A stretch of DNA of 40,020 bases. It comes from Octopus bimaculoides (taxonomy: Eukaryota). The translations under genes were made by a program, and so were the position numbers. Positions 37,336 to 40,020 of the stretch are shown in pieces. The DNA lies in assembly GCF_001194135.2 (NCBI RefSeq), contig NC_068981.1, positions 51,041,006-51,081,025 of the forward strand, given 5' to 3'. The notes under the pieces are model-generated. The model saw only the letters and a program-made list of their open reading frames with translations, was not told the origin of the DNA and ran no database searches. How positions within the stretch are numbered: the stretch's first letter is position 1; each line of letters starts with the position of its first letter.

Positions 37336-37739
37336 TAAATACATACATACATATATATATATATATTTATATATATATACATCTGGTAAATCCAAAAAAG
37401 AACTTGACACCAACGATTCACATATGGTTACATTTTGAAATGATCGGAAGGGAATGGGTGAAGAAAAGTTCTTTCTAAGACAGGAGAGTGTTAGAGAAAT
37501 AGGTATGTGTGTGTATGTGAGGTTATGTGCTTGTGAGCAGGTCTCTCTGTATGTGTAATAATGGCGCGTGTGTGCGCGTATATGTGCGCATGCGTTGTGT
37601 GTGTGTTTTTGCTTTGGTGTTTATATGTTTGTGTGAGTGAACTTTGTGTAGCTTAAAGAATTTATAAAAGGAGTGGCTGTCTTTGGTGTCGTATGTCCCT
37701 TCGCATGTGCGTAGGAGAACAGTCAGTAGAAAGGTGATT

Positions 37740-38670
37740 AACTGGTAGTTTGAAAGTATGTGTATCCGTGCGTATGTACGTATGTGCGTCTATGTATATG
37801 TTGTGTGTTTTGTGTGTAGTGTGTGCATGTGTTTGTGTGCGTCTGTGTGTGGTTGTATGTGTGTTTGTGAGTATGTATATGTGTGTGCGCGTGGGGTTGT
37901 GTGTGTTTGTTTGTGGAGTAAATGTGCGTTATTTTATGTGTGTGCGAATACGAGTTTGTGCGTGTGTGTGTATGTGTGTGTGTTCGTATGTGTGTGAACG
38001 AAGGGAAGTGTTTGGAGGTATATGTGCGTTTTGCGCGTGTATGCGCGTAATTGCGTGTGTGTGCGAGTGTATGCATGTGCATGTAGTTGTACGTACGTGT
38101 GTGTGTGTATTTGTGCGTGGGCATATGTGCGTGGGCATATGTGCGTGTCTGTGTATGTGGGTGTGCGTACGTGTGTGCGTGGGGTTATTTGTGTTAGGTA
38201 TGTGTACATTCCAGTGCGTGTTCACGTGTGCGTCTGTGCGCGTTTGTGTGTATGTGTGTGTGGATGTGTGTGCGTGTGTGTATGTGTGTGTGTGCGTGTA
38301 TGAATATTTTGAGTGTACGTGTGTATGTGCGTGTGTATGTATATGTATGTGTGTGTGTATGTGTATCTGCGTTTGTGTATGCGTGTGCGCATGCGGTTGT
38401 GTGTGAAGTTGTGTGGGGGTATATGAGCGTTCCTCTGTGTGTGTGTGTGTACGTGTGCTTACATGCATGCGTGTGTATATGACTGCATATGCCCATGTAT
38501 GTGCAATTGTGTGCGTGTCTGCATGTGTGTCTTGTGTGTGTGGAAGGTATGTGTGCGTACATGTGCGTGTGTGTGTATGTATGTGTATATGCGTGTGTAT
38601 ATGTGTGTGCGCGTGCATTTTTCGTGTGTGTACCTGTGTATAGGTACGTGTGCGTGTAGGTGTGCTTGTA
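37740..38670. repeat. Long degenerate (GT)n / alternating purine-pyrimidine low-complexity tract
   Basis: Direct reading; source of the many CV/HT ORFs. Confidence 0.9.
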
Positions 38671-38799
38671 TATAGAAATAAATTAAAATATAATAAAATA
38701 GGATTGATAGGGGATAAAAAAAGAGATTATTACAATAGAAGGAAGCGCAATTAAAATCATAAATTAAAGTTGCTTGTTTAAGGAGATTGTACAGACAAT

Positions 38800-39210
38800 C
38801 ATTACGAAGACGAGGTTTAGTCCGATAGGGATAGTTGTTCGTAGATTTAAAATATAACGTTGTTCCAAGAGGAGTCGCGAATGTGTGGGTCCGCGGTGCA
38901 GAACGAGGTCAAAGACGGAGAGGTTAGAGAGGGAGGAGTTGGCCAAGCGGAAGTGACGGGCGATGGGGGTGTTCGAACGTTGCTGAAGATCCCTTAAATG
39001 TTCGGTGAACAGGTCGGTCAGCCGGCGGCCCGTCTGACCTACATATAGTTTATCACATAGATTGCATCTAATAAAATATATGAGCCTGGAAGAGGAGTTT
39101 GTGATGTGGGGAGTGTGCTAGTTGGAACCAGTGAGGGAGGTGGTGTTGGTGATGAAGGGTCGGGTGTGACAGCGGAATCTGGAGCACGGGAAGGATACAT
39201 ACACACACGA
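38800..39210 (-). mobile_element. PLE C-terminal zinc-finger-like linker plus GIY-YIG endonuclease, nearly in frame
   Basis: SFPCSRFRCHTRPFITNTTSLTGSN*...LIYFIRCNLCDKLYVGQTGRRLTDLFTEHLRDL...IARHF...RLLLEQRYILNLRTTIPIGLN. Confidence 0.9.
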
Positions 39211-39316
39211 ATCTGTGCGTGCGGCTATTGGCAACACTGCTGTGTTTGTCGTGCATGCCCCTACCCCTGCGCACGCCTCGCTTCCACGCTCAGTCTTGGC
39301 ACGGCAGTCGTATCTG

Positions 39317-39660
39317 ATGGAGCTCCCGATTGACTTTAACTCCAAGTATGTAGTTCGCGCAGTTATTCGGTTTTTTACGCAAAATTGCATTAAAAAAATT
39401 GAAATTTATCCCCAATTAACGGAAGTGTATGAAGAGTAGTGCATGAATGTCAAAAGCGTCCGCAAGTCGTGTAGGATGTTTGCAGGTAGTCATACTGAAA
39501 TTCATTACGAAGAAAGAAGCACGTGACCATTCATTTCCGATGAGACAGTCGCAAAATTTGGGCAAATACTGCGCGAAAATCGACGGATCACTCTGGATGA
39601 TCTCCGCATTTGGTTTCTTGAGGTTTCCCAAAGCACCATTCGCAATGTTCGCTTTCTGTT
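39317..39660 (+). mobile_element. mariner transposase N-terminal (HTH) remnant
   Basis: MELPIDFNSKYVVRAVIRFF...IEIYPQLTEVYEE*CMNVKSVRKSCRMF...EIHYEERST*PFISDETVAK...RENRRITLDDL...VSQSTIRN, in one frame with two stops. Confidence 0.85.
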
Positions 39661-39920
39661 GGCTGGGTGACACGGTATTATGTCTAAAAATGCAATGCTT
39701 TGTTGGAAATATTGTCTGAAACTGTACCTTTCTTCTGCAGGATCAAAAAACAAAAATAAACCTTTGTAATCTACCCTTTGAAAAGGCTCTTAGTCATCCA
39801 TGACGCATCCGAGGTAGATTAAACTTTATATAACCATTGAAAGCCTTTAGACCTTCGGAATGATACACAGCGTTTCCCCACAAAACAAGTGTCAGACGAT
39901 TTTTGGAAGCTTTAAATCAT

Positions 39921-40020
39921 ATATACATACATACATACATACATACATACATACATACATACATACATGCATGCATACATACATGCATGCATACATACAT
40001 GCATGCATACATATATATAT
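39921..40020. repeat. (ACAT)n / (GCAT)n microsatellite
   Basis: Direct reading. Confidence 0.95.

Overview
Eukaryotic, AT-rich, repeat-dominated DNA with six assembly gaps at microsatellites. The repeat content resembles an Octopus (coleoid cephalopod) genome; this is inferred from remembered repeat families, not verified. No intact host gene is visible, and most ORFs in the supplied track are translated microsatellites or antisense reads of transposon remnants. Recognisable content: (1) a cluster of decayed R4/Dong-like non-LTR retrotransposons (RT, CCHC knuckle, restriction-like endonuclease) stacked at (AAT)n tracts at ~7100-14100, plus an inverted RT copy at 22041-23085; (2) four Penelope-like element (PLE) remnants and four hammerhead-ribozyme-like motifs; (3) truncated piggyBac and mariner transposases; (4) fragments of two SINE families; (5) a possible decayed C2H2 zinc-finger remnant; (6) many simple repeats and local duplications. 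The most interesting structure is at 19317-19823, where a PLE GIY-YIG stop codon is followed by a tRNA-like Pol III head, an (AAT)n spacer and a hammerhead core.
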